A DNA stretch of 64,000 nucleotides, taken from contig OZ024743.1 in assembly GCA_964016885.1 (NCBI GenBank), forward strand, positions 195,796,001-195,860,000, given 5' to 3'. Made by a program: the position numbers and the translations under genes. The stretch comes from Eledone cirrhosa. Lineage: Eukaryota. Positions 24,951-38,448 of the stretch are shown here, one piece after another. The notes below the pieces were generated by a model that worked only from the letters and a program-made list of their open reading frames with translations, had not been told where the DNA came from and made no database searches. Positions within the stretch are counted from its first letter, which is position 1. Every line of letters begins with the position of its first letter.

Positions 24951-25703
24951 ATGTCACCAGTTGGTGCTACTGGCAACATGTATCCCAGTACAACCTGTCT
25001 CATGGTCGGGTCGTTGGCGACTGAACTGGCAACCCCACAAAGGTTTCTTGGTGAGGAAGGGGACTTTGGACACCCTGTAGGACTAAAATCAAAACCTGTC
25101 AAAGGGCAAAGGAGCTCTTAAGAGTCAATGGCCATCCAAATTCACCGGGAGAGATGACCCCTTAGCCTTTGTCAAGGCAGAATTCTAGGCGAAGGAAAAC
25201 TCTTATATAACACCTGCAACCCTGATGGTATCCAATGATGTTGACTCGTTCTTCTTTTTGGTAAATATCATCTTGGTTAAGAGAGTGGACTGGCTTTGTG
25301 CAGTGCCTTTGCTCACTATAAAAGCTTCACGGCACAGCCATTGCTTTATATCTGGAGATCTCTCTGAACTTGTCGTCACATGGTACCATGGACCCAGCAC
25401 TGTGTGTCAATAATTGTCACAAGTGTAGTGTTTGTACCAGAGTTTTCAAGTCGCTGGCTGGACTACACTTGTGACAATTATTGACACATAGTGCTGGGCC
25501 CATGGTACCATGTGACGACAAGTGCAGAGAGATCTCCAGATATAAAGCAATGCCAGTCCCACTCACTTGACCAAGATTATATTTACTAAAAAGAAGAACA
25601 AGTCAACATCATTGGATACCATCGGGGTTGCAGGTGTTATATCAGAGTGTTCCTTCTCCTAGAATTCTGCCTTGACAAAGGTTAAGAGGTCATCTCTCCC
25701 GGA
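24951..25703 (+). mobile_element. Non-autonomous RTE-derived element with an inverted partial duplicate (25466-25703)
   Basis: RTE-like 5' UTR words (CTGGCAACCCC, GAAGGAAAACTC) joined to a C2H2 remnant HKCSVCTRVFKSLAGL. Second copy at 37783-38279. Confidence 0.65.
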
Positions 25704-25815
25704 TAAATAAATATATATATATAGCCAGGTGGTGCTATTAAGTTAGACATGGCCTGGGCCAATACTGGCCGAAACCTATCAAAGTTATCAAAGTTATATA
25801 TGTATTTATATACCT

Positions 25816-25992
<177 letters not shown>

Positions 25993-26155
25993 ATAATTTG
26001 GGAGGGTCATATTGCCAATAACAAACACACGCACCAGTTACTTTCACTTCAATTTATTATTAATTAAATATAACAATATTATAAATTAAGTATAACAATA
26101 TCGGTTTCAACACACGTTTTCAGATAAAGAATCTTGCTAAACAAATTCAGAAACG

Positions 26156-26194
<39 letters not shown>

Positions 26195-26548
26195 CCTCAG
26201 TTTTCGTTGTTTTATTAGTATTTGAAAGACAAATAGTCTCAGGGAAAACTACTCATAATAAGACAGTTGCATTGCTAACGTAGCGTGATACGGAGTCAGT
26301 ATGTGTGTTAGAATAGACTTTACAAAACACAGAAAAAAGAAAATATCACAATTTCACATTTTCACTTAACATAATGGGTAACACGTTCTACATGTAGCTG
26401 TTCATAATGAGTGTAACTGCACATAGAAAACATGATGATGATAATAATAATGATTATAATATCAACAATAATAATGATAATAATGATGATAGAGTGCATA
26501 TAATTAGGTAAAGCTTACATGCATAACTAGGTAGATATTACATTTCCA

Positions 26549-26642
<94 letters not shown>

Positions 26643-27233
26643 TCATACATATATTTTGGCGTAAAACCATAACGGAATATGTCGAGAAATACATATCTCT
26701 GCACATAGACTTGCTTAGATTTGAAAGGGTTCACCCACATATGTTATATGTTAGGATTACTCTCAAATATTCTGCATTTCAGTTGCGCTCATTATTTTTG
26801 AAAATGGCTGGTTAGAGCAGGAAGTGGGAAGGGATAGGTAATCAGGCAGATTATGTGAGAGAAACACACGTTCGTGAATTGTGATAGCCTTACCTGACTG
26901 AGACACCCTATACAGTTCAGGTTTAAATTGAATGTTTGTCTTCGATGCCACTAAGGTGGGGAATTGACTAAGTCGTTATAACGTCGGATACAACGGTGAT
27001 TTTTTTATTATATTTCCTCCGTTTCTCTGAGAATGATGTTCAAATGCTGCCGAAAAGAATGGTGCCTTTCATCCTGCCATGTCAAAAGATAAGGCACTGA
27101 TTATATACTTGGGCTGTGGCCCATGTTAGTCGACCTCTTCGCAGGTGGGCTCTGAAAACTGATCATTGATCTAAAATGGATATAGTGGCTTCTGATGGGA
27201 CCTTATGGAAAGTGTGTCTGAGGATCCTGCCCC

Positions 27234-27333
27234 GAAGAAGAAGAAGAAGAAGAAGAAGAAGAAGAAGAAGAAGAAGAAGAAGAAGAAGAAGAAGAAGAAG
27301 AAGAAGAAGAAGAAGAAGAAGAAGAAGAAGAAG
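27234..27333. repeat. (GAA)n microsatellite
   Basis: About 33 GAA units; explains the poly-K, poly-R and poly-F ORFs. Confidence 0.98.
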
Positions 27334-28048
27334 AATAGCGTCGATTCCTCTATTACCGTTTCCTCACTTCTCACCCACTCATCATTTGTTTGTGGAAAAA
27401 ATAAGCGGTGTTCTGAGTTGATGAGAGATATGCTCAACCAGTCTAAACATCGAATAGAGACTCCACCCTTTACGTCTCTATCATCATTTAAGGCATCACG
27501 GACGGAAGTAAAATATGCGTGGTATAGCATATGCAGAACATTAAATAATAAATGACAATAAACGAATAGGTGAATATTTTATCAGTCCATTTATAGGATG
27601 AAGGGAAGAATATGAAAATTTGATGTCGGCAATCATGAAGTTCTAGTTGGAATTGAGATAATTTGTGCAAACATTCGTTAAAGAGAGAAAGAAAGAAAGT
27701 AAGTAAGAAAGAGAGAGAGAGCGAGTGAGAGAGAGTGATATAAATATATATATATTATTTGCATAAATATATATATATTATTTGCATAGCGAGCAAACGT
27801 TTCCACGAACCAAAGTATCGTCTTCCTGTCTTCCTCCGGTTGCAACGTTTTTTGAAATATCCAGTTCTGCGTTTACAGATTGACTTTGTTAGTTTCAGAA
27901 GATCCCGTTAAGGGTGAAAGCAGCAATTCTTTGCTTAAACTTTAATCTGTTATTTTAATAAATATTTGCTCTACGGTTCTTATATATTTGATATATATTT
28001 ATCCTTATCGAGCCCTCTTTGGATTTTAGTCTTCAAATTTATTATTAT

Positions 28049-28099
<51 letters not shown>

Positions 28100-28103
<4 letters not shown>

Positions 28104-28312
28104 AAAGAATAGAGGTGTAACACACAAGTTATTATATATTGGTAAACGGAATAGAAAATGCTGACAAATTGTTCACAGTTGAAAAATAGTTTAATTAGGA
28201 ATAAAAGAGTATTAGTAATTGTATGGGTTAGTATTCAGTTGTGGTTTTAAGTTTTTAAGTTTTTACCGGTTGCGCATTTCTAAATGCTTTTAAAAAATAA
28301 TTTTGAGATAGA
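28100..28312 (-). mobile_element. 3'-terminal 210 bp of the Neptune-like PLE family
   Basis: Matches 21970-22182 and the reverse complement of 59764-59976. Confidence 0.9.
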
Positions 28313-28354
28313 AACAAAATGTACTGATAGGAAATATTTGTAGGATTTCACTAC

Positions 28355-30629
28355 ATATAAAAATCCACCACACAACTCCTTACTTGAAAACTTTGAGAAA
28401 GACCTTTTTAATTTAATCAAACACCTCAAATTTAAGAGGTATAAATCTAATTTTCAAAAGGACCTTCATTCTACCCTATTGGACCTAAAAAAATCTAAAA
28501 AAATCCATGTACACTCGGACAAAACTGGAAATCTATATCACATGGATATTGAAAATTACAATGAGTTCATATATAAAGAACTCAGGAAAAATTATAGAAA
28601 AACAAATAATGCGTCACTTACCAACATCAACAACAAAACACACAGCATAGTGAATAGACTGAATATTGAAGATAGAACTGAACCTTTGGCATTGAAAAGA
28701 CCACACTTCAACCTGAAAGATCATAAATCTAACTTTAACTCTAATCCCTCTATAAGGCTTATATGCCCTTCCAAATCTGATATTGGAATAATTAGTAAAA
28801 AAAATTTAGATAGAGTCATCCCACAACTAAGAAAACATGTTAATTTACCACTCTGGGAAAACACATTCCAGGTAATTAACTGGTTTAATAATATTAGAAA
28901 TAAATCCTCTGCTTCATTTCTACAATTTGATATAGATAATTATTCTTCTTCTATATCACCTATACTCCTGAACAAAGCCTTGATATTTGCTAAAAATAGA
29001 TCTAACTTAACTTTGGATGACATTAATATTATTACACATGCTAGACTAACACTATTAGAATTTCAGAATGAATACTGGACCAGAAACACATATAGTAATC
29101 TATTCGATATTACTATGGGCTCAAGCGATTCTGCCCAAATTACTGATCTTGTGGGCCTCTTTCTTCTTTTTAACATAAATGCTTCTTTTCCACACCTTAA
29201 AGGTGGTTTATATCGTGACGACTGTCTTCTTCTTTCCAATAACCTTAGCCTCTCAGAGATAGAAAAAAATAAAAAGCTTATTAGAACTTTCCTCAAAGAC
29301 TATTATAGACTAGATATTACATTTGAAAACAGAAGTAAAGTAGTTAATTTCCTAGATATAACATTAGACTTATCTACGGGTATCTACCAACCTTACCATA
29401 AACCCAACCAAAATTTACACTACATACACTCACAATCTAATCACCCTAAATCTATCCTTAAAAAACCTTGCATATAATATATCACTTAGAATTTCTAACC
29501 TTTCGTCTAACCAAGATGTATTTGATAAAAATGCGACCTTTTATAACGAAGCTCTAGCTAGAAGTGGCCACAAAAATAGATTAGTATATATACCTTCTAC
29601 CAATAACACTACAAACATACAACCTAATATTACCAACAAACACCAAATGAAACATACACACCTAAATGCCACTCACAATATACCCCAAAACACCAACATA
29701 AAACCAAATTTCTCTAACTCTTCTAATATACAGTATAGTAACTCTCAAAAAACTACTCATCCTACAACTCTAATAAATGTTAATAATAAAACTCCTAATA
29801 AACAAGCTAAAACACCTAAATCAATAAATCTAACTAAAAATGTGTGTGGTGAGGTCATTAACAATAATTCTCTTAATAAACATCAGAATGCATCCTATAA
29901 AAACAATAAACAACATCGAAACCGTAATAGACGAGTTACTTGGTATAATGCTCCATTTAATTTACAAATTAAGGATAATATACCTAAAAAATTCTTTAAT
30001 ATCCTAGAGAAAAACTTCCGCCAAACCACAAATACCATCAAATATTAAATAGATCAACGGTTAAATTTTCCTACTCAACAACCAAAAACATAAAACAATA
30101 TATAAGTGCCTATAATGCATATAAATGTAAAAAAACCATGAGTATACCACCAGTACATCAAACTAACCATAATATCTCCTCAGATACAGGATTCACGAAA
30201 AGTTGTAACTGTAGAAACAAGGCAAACTGTCCATTAAAAGGAAATTGCCTTGTTAATAACATAGTATATAAATGTAAAGTTAACACTAAGGACTCAATTT
30301 ATTCATATATAGGAGCTACCTCTAACAAATTTAAGGTAAGATTTAATACCCACAAACACAGTTTTAAAAATGCCGCAATAGCTAATACAACATCTCTAGC
30401 TGAAATAATAAATAGTTATAGAAAGAGGAATATAGAATATGACCTGACCTGGAGTGTGCTCAAAAGGGCCACCCCTTATCAAAATAGTAGAAATGAATGT
30501 AGATTATGTTCCCAAGAACTTTTTGAAATAATGAAATCTAAGGATATCCTATTAAATAAGCGACAGGAATTAATAATATCGTGTAATCATAAACTGAGCA
30601 AAACCTTTAAATATTATAAACCTAATTAA
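28355..30629 (+). pseudogene. PLE RT-GIY-YIG polyprotein, frameshifted near 29465 and 30020
   Basis: SDKTGNLY, LKDHK, IRLICPSKSDIG, QFDIDNYSSSIS, FDITMGSSDSAQITDLVG, GLYRDD, VNFLDITLDL, YHKPN..SNHP, then CNCRNKANCPLKGNC, IVYKC..YIGAT..FKVRFNTH, CRLCSQE, LLNKRQE..CNH. Confidence 0.92.
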
Positions 30630-31036
30630 TATACACTTTAGAAATTAATTTATAATTTTTTTTAATTTAGTTAACCTATAATTAATATTCTACTACTGAT
30701 GAACTACATAATTCTGCTTTAAAAATTATAAACATAATTAATATAAACTTTAGAAATTAATATAATACTATTTTTAATTTAGTTAACCTATAATTAATAC
30801 TCTACTACTGATGAACTACATAATTTTGCTTTCCTTCTTACAAATATCATTTCATAAAACTGATACCATTAAGTAAACATATATAATGCTTTAACTTCAG
30901 GTTATGACTCTATGTTCCTTGAAAACTATATATATTTACTATTTCTCACTAATAAATTTAACCCCCCCCCCCATAATTATATGTATATATAAGTGTATAT
31001 GTGTGTCTATATATATGTATATGTATGTATGTATGC

Positions 31037-31114
<78 letters not shown>

Positions 31115-31209
31115 ATGTGTATATATATATATATGTGTGTGTATGTGTGTGTGTGTATGTGTAAGTGTGTGTGTATATATATATATATAAGTGTATATAT
31201 ATGTGTATG

Positions 31210-31246
<37 letters not shown>

Positions 31247-31932
31247 ATATGTGTGCATATATATGTATGTATAAGTATATATATATATATATATTATTTT
31301 TATATTCTTTTAATTTCCCCTCATCTTTAACACCACTTTTCAACTGCATCTAACTCTTATTTATCATATCTATATGTATTAGTATAATTTTATCAATATA
31401 AATATACCCATCAATTAAATTAATTTATACTCTTTTCATAGATGTATTTTTTTCACTAACATTCTTATCTTAAAACTTTAGTCACCTTAGATATTTGTAC
31501 TGGCATTACTATTTTATAGCAGCAACTGCTTGTATAACTTTTATTGACCACCTGACCTATTTTCACCCCTAAAATAAGCTTCAATTACTACTATTTTACC
31601 ATTTGGCCAATTATTAACTTTCTATTGGTTAATTCTAAACCTCTTACCAAACAGACAGAATATATTAGATCTTTGTTGGTTTTACTCAATGAACAAATAA
31701 AATTATTTCTGAGGTCAGCTTAAGACCTATTTCTTCCCTAAAATAATCCTTCATTCATAATATTCTTTACCATCCAAAACTGAAATCCACCTTCCTCTAC
31801 CCATAATTTAAGGTTCTTCTACTACTATATTACTATCCTGACCCTCACTATCTCTCTATTGGTCAATTCAAAACCTGTTCCCAAACAGACCTATTGTATT
31901 GAATCTTTGTTTCTTTCAATAAACAAATATCA

Positions 31933-32068
31933 TTATTTCTGAAGACAGCATATATATGTGTAGGTATGTATATTCCCTCTGATAGTTTGTATAAATATTG
32001 TACATAGATCTATAGAATATGCATACCAACTCTAACACATATATATCCTAGAAACGATCGTAAAATGA
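31933..32068 (+). ncRNA. Type I HHR with minimal palindromic stem III and 105-nt stem II
   Basis: ttattt-CTGAAGA-[105 nt, self-complementary]-GAAA-cgatcg-TA-aaatga. Confidence 0.7.
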
Positions 32069-32124
32069 GAAATTTTTTTTAATATAAGGAACTGTTTCTT
32101 TGTTTATTCATTATTTTATTAATT

Positions 32125-32164
<40 letters not shown>

Positions 32165-32169
32165 AATAC

Positions 32170-32234
<65 letters not shown>

Positions 32235-32335
32235 GAGAGAGAAACATATAATAAAAAATAATAATAATGAAATTATTGTGCACAGATACATGCGTGCATG
32301 TGTGCCGTGTGTATGGAGGGGGAATATCAGGTGTA

Positions 32336-32413
<78 letters not shown>

Positions 32414-32863
32414 CGGCGATGAATTTGTTTTGCGAGGGTTTTGATATGAAATCATGTGTAGAAACAAATAGTGTTATACTTGGGGAGGGTTATATTGTTG
32501 TAATAATGTTGCCAGATATAATAACTGAACACACTCAATGTTTGGTTGGTTTTCGCTTCTGCATATTTTATATCTACGTAGTTAATTCATTTGGCCATCA
32601 ATGTTTATCATTGACTGACCAACAGTAAAAAATACACATATAAATATATATATATAATCTAACAAAGTTCTTCGTTGTTCATCTGCAACATCATCAGTGG
32701 TACTATTATCAACTTTCCTCCTATTGCATTGCAAATTATTGTAGTGTCTACGCCATTTTTATTTTATCTATTTATGATAAAATAAAAATGGCGTAGACAC
32801 TACAATACAATACTTACACATACATACATAAATATATATACACACATATACACACACACATAT

Positions 32864-32903
<40 letters not shown>

Positions 32904-32977
32904 CAAAATAAATAAATACATACACAGATATATACATATATACATACATACACATACATACAAATACACGTACACAT

Positions 32978-33036
<59 letters not shown>

Positions 33037-33117
33037 AAAGTTTTATTTAAAATTGTTGGCATATAACAAGTAAATATTTTATAACTGATATAAAGCACTC
33101 GACAAATTTTTGGAGTA

Positions 33118-33485
33118 GATATACGATATTAAATAAATGGAAACTATATTTATAAAACGATATTTATTTCATTATACATATTTCAGGGATACCAAATTAA
33201 AATATGGCATGCCTTCGTCAGATAAAATACAATATATAAACAGTTTTATAAATAATGTTGACGTACCCTATTAGAAGCGACCATTATTTTTGGAGGCTAT
33301 CCAGACAGCCTCCAAAAGTATGGTCGCTTCTAATAGGGTACGTCAAAATTATTTATAAAACTGTTTATATATTGTATTTTATCTGACGAAGGCATGCCAT
33401 ATTTTAATTTGGTATCCCTGAAATATGTATAATGAAATAAATATCGTTTTATAAATATAGTTTCCATTTATTTAATATCGTATAT
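33118..33485. mobile_element. Near-perfect palindrome (about 180-bp arms) of a PLE-type 3' end, with an HHR in each arm
   Basis: Arms 33118-33298 and 33307-33485, spacer ATCCAGAC. The right end runs into (TA)n. Confidence 0.88.
33375..33439 (+). ncRNA. Type I minimal HHR motif (mirror copy on - strand at about 33165-33229)
   Basis: tattttat-CTGACGA-agg..atgcca/tggtat..cct-GAAA-tatgta-TA-atgaaata. Confidence 0.75.
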
Positions 33486-33523
33486 ATATATATATACATA
33501 TACACATACATACATATATACAC

Positions 33524-33614
<91 letters not shown>

Positions 33615-33701
33615 CATATATACAGACACACATACATATATATATATATATTTATACACATACACACATACACACATATATACACATACATATATATATA
33701 T

Positions 33702-33900
33702 ATTATTAGAAATATAAGCTATCGCCGTATTTTGACTAAAGAAATTAAAGAAATTATTAGCCTGATAGTGGAGTTAAGAACCCTCGGAGAAATGGAAAAA
33801 GATGAGTATTGACGTACATGTACGTAACTCCACTATCAGGTTAAATAATTTCTTTAATTTCTGTAGTCAAAATACGGCGATAGCTTACATTTCTAATAAT
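33702..33900. repeat. Inverted repeat (about 75-bp arms) between (TA)n tracts
   Basis: ATTATTAGAAAT..CCTGATAGTGGAGTTA versus TAACTCCACTATCAGG..ATTTCTAATAAT. Confidence 0.8.
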
Positions 33901-33932
33901 GTCAAACCCACTCGCTGTTTCGAAAATATTCT

Positions 33933-33995
<63 letters not shown>

Positions 33996-34245
33996 TATAC
34001 ACACATATACACACACATACACACATATATATATTTATATACAAATAAGTACTCATAAATATACGCGTATACACAGGCACATAAAATCAGCTCTACAGGC
34101 AGAAAATGCAGATAACTAAGAGGTATTCACATAACCATAGTGGCCGTATTTCAGGTTGAGGAGGGGTGTGGTGGGGTGGGAAGGAGGTAGAGGTGCTAAA
34201 AGGGGGAAGTCGTTTTTAGCCATCGGGCATTAACACTGGCTTAAT

Positions 34246-35000
34246 TTATTTGAAAGTTGCAAAGTTCTTGTGCATGCATTCCGGGCAGTGTTCAGAGAGT
34301 TTGTTCAGTAGCGATCCCTTGGCGAATAAAATTTCATAGCTCTCTGAGATACAAAGGTCGCAGCCCTTAATCCTCCGTTGTAAGAGCGCGCTTTCTGGAG
34401 TATTTTCCATTTAAGCGTGAAGGGGGTGGAGTTCCCTTTGAGGTCCCAAACATAGGAGGCGACAAATGATATCGTATACAAATGCGATGCCGTACAAATG
34501 ATATCGTATACAAATGCTCAGGCACCGATGATTGCAATAACAAAAAGACTTACATCGGCATGACTTCCAATAACTTTAAGACCAGTTGGTATGCCTATAC
34601 CCACTCCTTCAGAACACCGGACAAATCAAACCAGACAACACTCGCCTCCTATGTTTGGGACTTCAAAAGGAACTCCATCCCCTTCACGCTTAAATGGAAA
34701 ATACTCCAGAAAGCGCGCTCTTACAACGGAGGACACAACTGCTTAACTTCAATGACTGTGATTGTAAATAACATTATTTTTTCTTCCACATTGACTTTTT
34801 ACGTTCCACATTATGCATGTTTTTGTTTTCCTTTTTCTTTTTTCTTTTCACTTCTTAAACCTTGTTTGTATATAACATTATTCTTTCTGCACCTTCTGTT
34901 TAACATGTGCGACACCACACTAATACATTTCACTATCATTTGATAATGCATATAAATGCTGAAACCGGTAATAGACAATAATTAAATATATAAATAGAAA
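34246..35000. mobile_element. Second Naiad-like family: GIY-YIG fragments in head-to-head orientation
   Basis: + strand: TNDIVYKC..YIGMTSNNFK..TTLASYVW..KWKILQKARSY. The minus strand of 34246-34461 encodes the same C-terminus through to LLNKLSE..CMH. HHR-like TTGATAA..GAAACCGGTA at 34940-34970. Confidence 0.82.
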
Positions 35001-35169
35001 AATAAATGCCATTGTTAAATAATAAATAAATCAACTAATACCTTAACACTTCACACAAAGTAAAACATTTCGTTTTAAGCATTTTCTAACCCAGAAAAAA
35101 GAGAGAGAGGAACAAAAAAGGAAAAAAGAATTTTTTCTTTCTTATAATCGTCTCTTTCTCCCTGTTTTC

Positions 35170-35322
<153 letters not shown>

Positions 35323-36257
35323 GAAAAAATGTGGAAAAATGTGAAGATGCGGAACGGCCACCAGTTTTTACACCAATGATTTTTCTAAGATTTTCCAGTA
35401 GATAGATATATCTATGATCCTTTTCATTGAAGAAGTTCCTCCAGGTTAATAATGAATTGATACATCTATTATCAGGTGGTATCATCCAATGATTATACTA
35501 TATAGTTTTATCTGCCAGTGTTTATATTATACAGGTTGAATCATCCAGTATTTATATTACACAAGATCATCTGCCAGGATATTGAGTGGTAAATTTTAGT
35601 TTGGGTGTTTCCACTATTTCGATTTTAACTATACAGGGTAATGGCAGTTGACAGCTCTCTGTATACAGTGTTATTAAATCTAAAATAAAAGGTGAGATTC
35701 TTGAATCAATATCCTGTTATAAGATCTGTCCCTGAATATTTTCTGTTTGTCATTTTCTTTAGATATGTTTCCAATACTACTCTATCAATTTCATATTATT
35801 GTTGTTGTTGTTTTGTGTTTGTTTTCTTTTTCAACATGCCGTGTTCTAGTTCTATCTGTATAGCTTGCTTGTTGAATACATCATTTCCTTCCTATATAGA
35901 CTTTCAGTAGCTTTCAACTTGACCTTGTGATGGAGTGTCTTTCACAGAGATAGAGTGATCTGCGTTAAAGCTTCGATGGGGTATTTGGGATATCTGGCAT
36001 ACAATCTATTCAGCCTTTGACGTTTATAATGTTTTAGCTTTTTAGCTGTAACAGTAAGTGCTTGCTTTAGCTGATGTAGTTTAGATTTTTTGAATTTTGT
36101 GCCCCCAAAATGAATTGTTTTTTTTTTTTCTAATTTCTGTTTTAAGTGTTACTGCTTTTACATGAATGTATTGTCTGTGTTACATTACGTAACTACCAGA
36201 ATCTGTGATATATTTCTTCAGCAACATAAAGGTTTACCAGTTTGCGTTACATTATTG

Positions 36258-36410
36258 GTGGCGAATTTGTAGAATTCGTGGAGAGTTGGATAAAATACGG
36301 CTGCAGTATTTTTTCTGGCTTTTAACATTCTGAGTTCAAATCCCGTCATGATCAACTTTGCGTTTGATTTTTCTGGAAACGATAAAATAAAATGCTATTC
36401 AAGTACTGAC
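36258..36410 (+). mobile_element. Decayed tRNA-derived SINE
   Basis: CTGAGTTCAAATCCCG, AACTTTGCGTTTGAT and GATAAAATAAA. A similar copy lies at 45740-45865. Confidence 0.65.
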
Positions 36411-37109
36411 ATTTATTTAATTAACATTGCCTTAAATTTGGCTAAATATGAAATCAATATTTTAAGTTCTGTGTCTGCCACTGCTCAATATGTTTACAGA
36501 ATCTTTTATTCTGCAGTTTCAGCTTCTTTGAATTAGCTCGCAATCCGTTTACAGCCTCATATGTCATATTTTCTCGTAATTCTCTGTTGGTTGTATACAC
36601 CGTGACCTTTAAGTAATTCTTGCTATTACGTTTACTTCATCCAGTTCTTTTTATTCCTATATTTCTTCTGAATGGCGTGTCTGGTAGGCTGTTGACAAAA
36701 ATTTGGAATTCCTCTGTTTGCGCAGCGAAGCTTTGAATTTCAAACGAACTGTCACTAGTTTTAAGAGAACTGTTACATAGGTAGCCTATTACGATTTTCA
36801 AACATACTACTAAGAGACTGTATATCGCTGATGTCATTGACATAGTTGTTATTGTGGCGTATACATCTATCTGTTTCTTGTTTTGCGTTTAGAAAAACTG
36901 TTTAGACTGCGTTGAATCGAACGATTTATATTATTTAATGTAACATAGACAACACAATTAAATTTAAAGTTATTCACAGCATGAGTTTTCTTAAGTTTCT
37001 TTTAATCCTACAATTGTACTAGAGCGAAAATTTAGTTACCATACATGATTTTAAATTATATTTAAAGCACAGCTTGCTTCACTTGTTTAGATGTTTTACG
37101 ACATTTACG

Positions 37110-37144
<35 letters not shown>

Positions 37145-37149
<5 letters not shown>

Positions 37150-37512
37150 CGTAGTAATACTCGCATACATTGCTAAAGATTTGAGAAGTTTGTTTTCCAA
37201 TCATGAGAACCTGCGTCCAATCCCACAGTGTAGAATGTTAGGCGAGTGTCTTTACCATAGCCTCAGGTTGCCCCGAGCCATAAGAGGGAAATTAGGTAGA
37301 CGGAGACTGTATGGAAGCCCTTCGGATGGATTTTATCTGTAATTAAAGTTCAGTTTTTTTTCATATATCGTGCCACTTTGATTCGACTTGGAAATTACGG
37401 TATAAGTACACGTGTCTGTGGAATACTTTATCACATACACATTAATTAACCAGTTGAACCATTAGTTTATCGAACAGATAAATGCTGATCGTCGAAGGCG
37501 ACGGATAATCCA
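37145..37512 (+). mobile_element. Second, older SINE family (related copies 52097-52445 and 61305-61520)
   Basis: Shared AGTGTCTTT..CATAG..C, GAC.GA.ACTGT..GAA.CC and TACACGTGTCTGTG motifs. tRNA-like head. Confidence 0.6.
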
Positions 37513-37662
37513 TCATTCGGTAACTCAAACTCTTCATAACTTGGTATGTCAAATTTATATTAGTGGTCATTACGGTCATCATGCTATGTGTGTGTATATA
37601 TATATATATGCACGTTCGTACCTATGTATACACGTACGTATTTATTTATGTATGTATGTATG

Positions 37663-37759
<97 letters not shown>

Positions 37760-37782
37760 ATATGTGTGTATGTATGTATGCC

Positions 37783-38279
37783 CCGTGACTTTGGACATCC
37801 TGCAGGACTAAAAACAAAACCTGTCAAAGGGCAAAGGAGCTCTTAAGAGTCAATGGCCATCCAAAATTACCGGGAGAGATGACCCCTTAGCCTTTGTCAA
37901 GGCAGAATTCTAGGAGAAGGAAAACTCTGATATAACACCTGCAACCCTGATGGTATCCAATGATGTTGACTTGTTCTTCTTTTTGGTAAATATCATCTTG
38001 GTTAAGAGAGTGGGACTGGCTTTGTGCAGTGCCTGTGCTCACTATAAAAGCTTCACGGCACAGGCATTGCTTTATATCTGGAGATCTCTCTGCACTTGTC
38101 GTCACATGGTACCATGGGCCTAGCACTATGTGTCAATAATTGTCACAAGTGTAGTGTTTGTACCAGAGTTTTCAAGTCGCTGGCTGGACTAAGGTCACAT
38201 TCGTTCAGCGCATCGGTAGGAGTTCTCCTACATGGATATAAAGTAGTGGCCATACTCGAAAACGAGTTGGCAGCCACCA
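37783..38279 (+). mobile_element. Non-autonomous RTE-derived element, 3'-complete, with (TATG)n tail
   Basis: Matches 25062-25464 and continues through KSLAGLRSH to GCCATACTCGAAAACGAGTTGGCAGCCACCA, then TGTA repeats. Confidence 0.7.
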
Positions 38280-38313
38280 TGTATGTATGCATGTATTTAT
38301 GTATGTATGTATG

Positions 38314-38370
<57 letters not shown>

Positions 38371-38448
38371 ATATGTGTGTATGCATGTATGCATGTATTT
38401 ATGTATGTATGTATGTGCGCATGTATGTGTGTATATATATATTTCTAT

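Larger units (their letters stand above)
28313..32125 (+). mobile_element. Naiad-like Penelope-like element, 5'-truncated, with long 3' UTR and HHR, ending in (TA)n
   Basis: PLE RT followed by a GIY-YIG nuclease, a 1.5-kb UTR and an HHR at 31933-32068. Confidence 0.9.

Noticed and set aside
27890-27935. HHR at CAGAAGA-tcccgttaagggt-GAAA
   Set aside because: Core U4 is altered in both copies and no stem I can be formed.
30690-30830. Two CTGATGA words in a duplicated 3' UTR segment
   Set aside because: No stem II or GAAA follows at a plausible distance, and the second Naiad copy lacks the word.
28355-30900. Selenocysteine recoding, as described for some Naiad PLEs
   Set aside because: The conserved Cys positions use TGT/TGC, and the breaks are frameshifts rather than in-frame TGA. 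I found no convincing SECIS in the 3' UTR.
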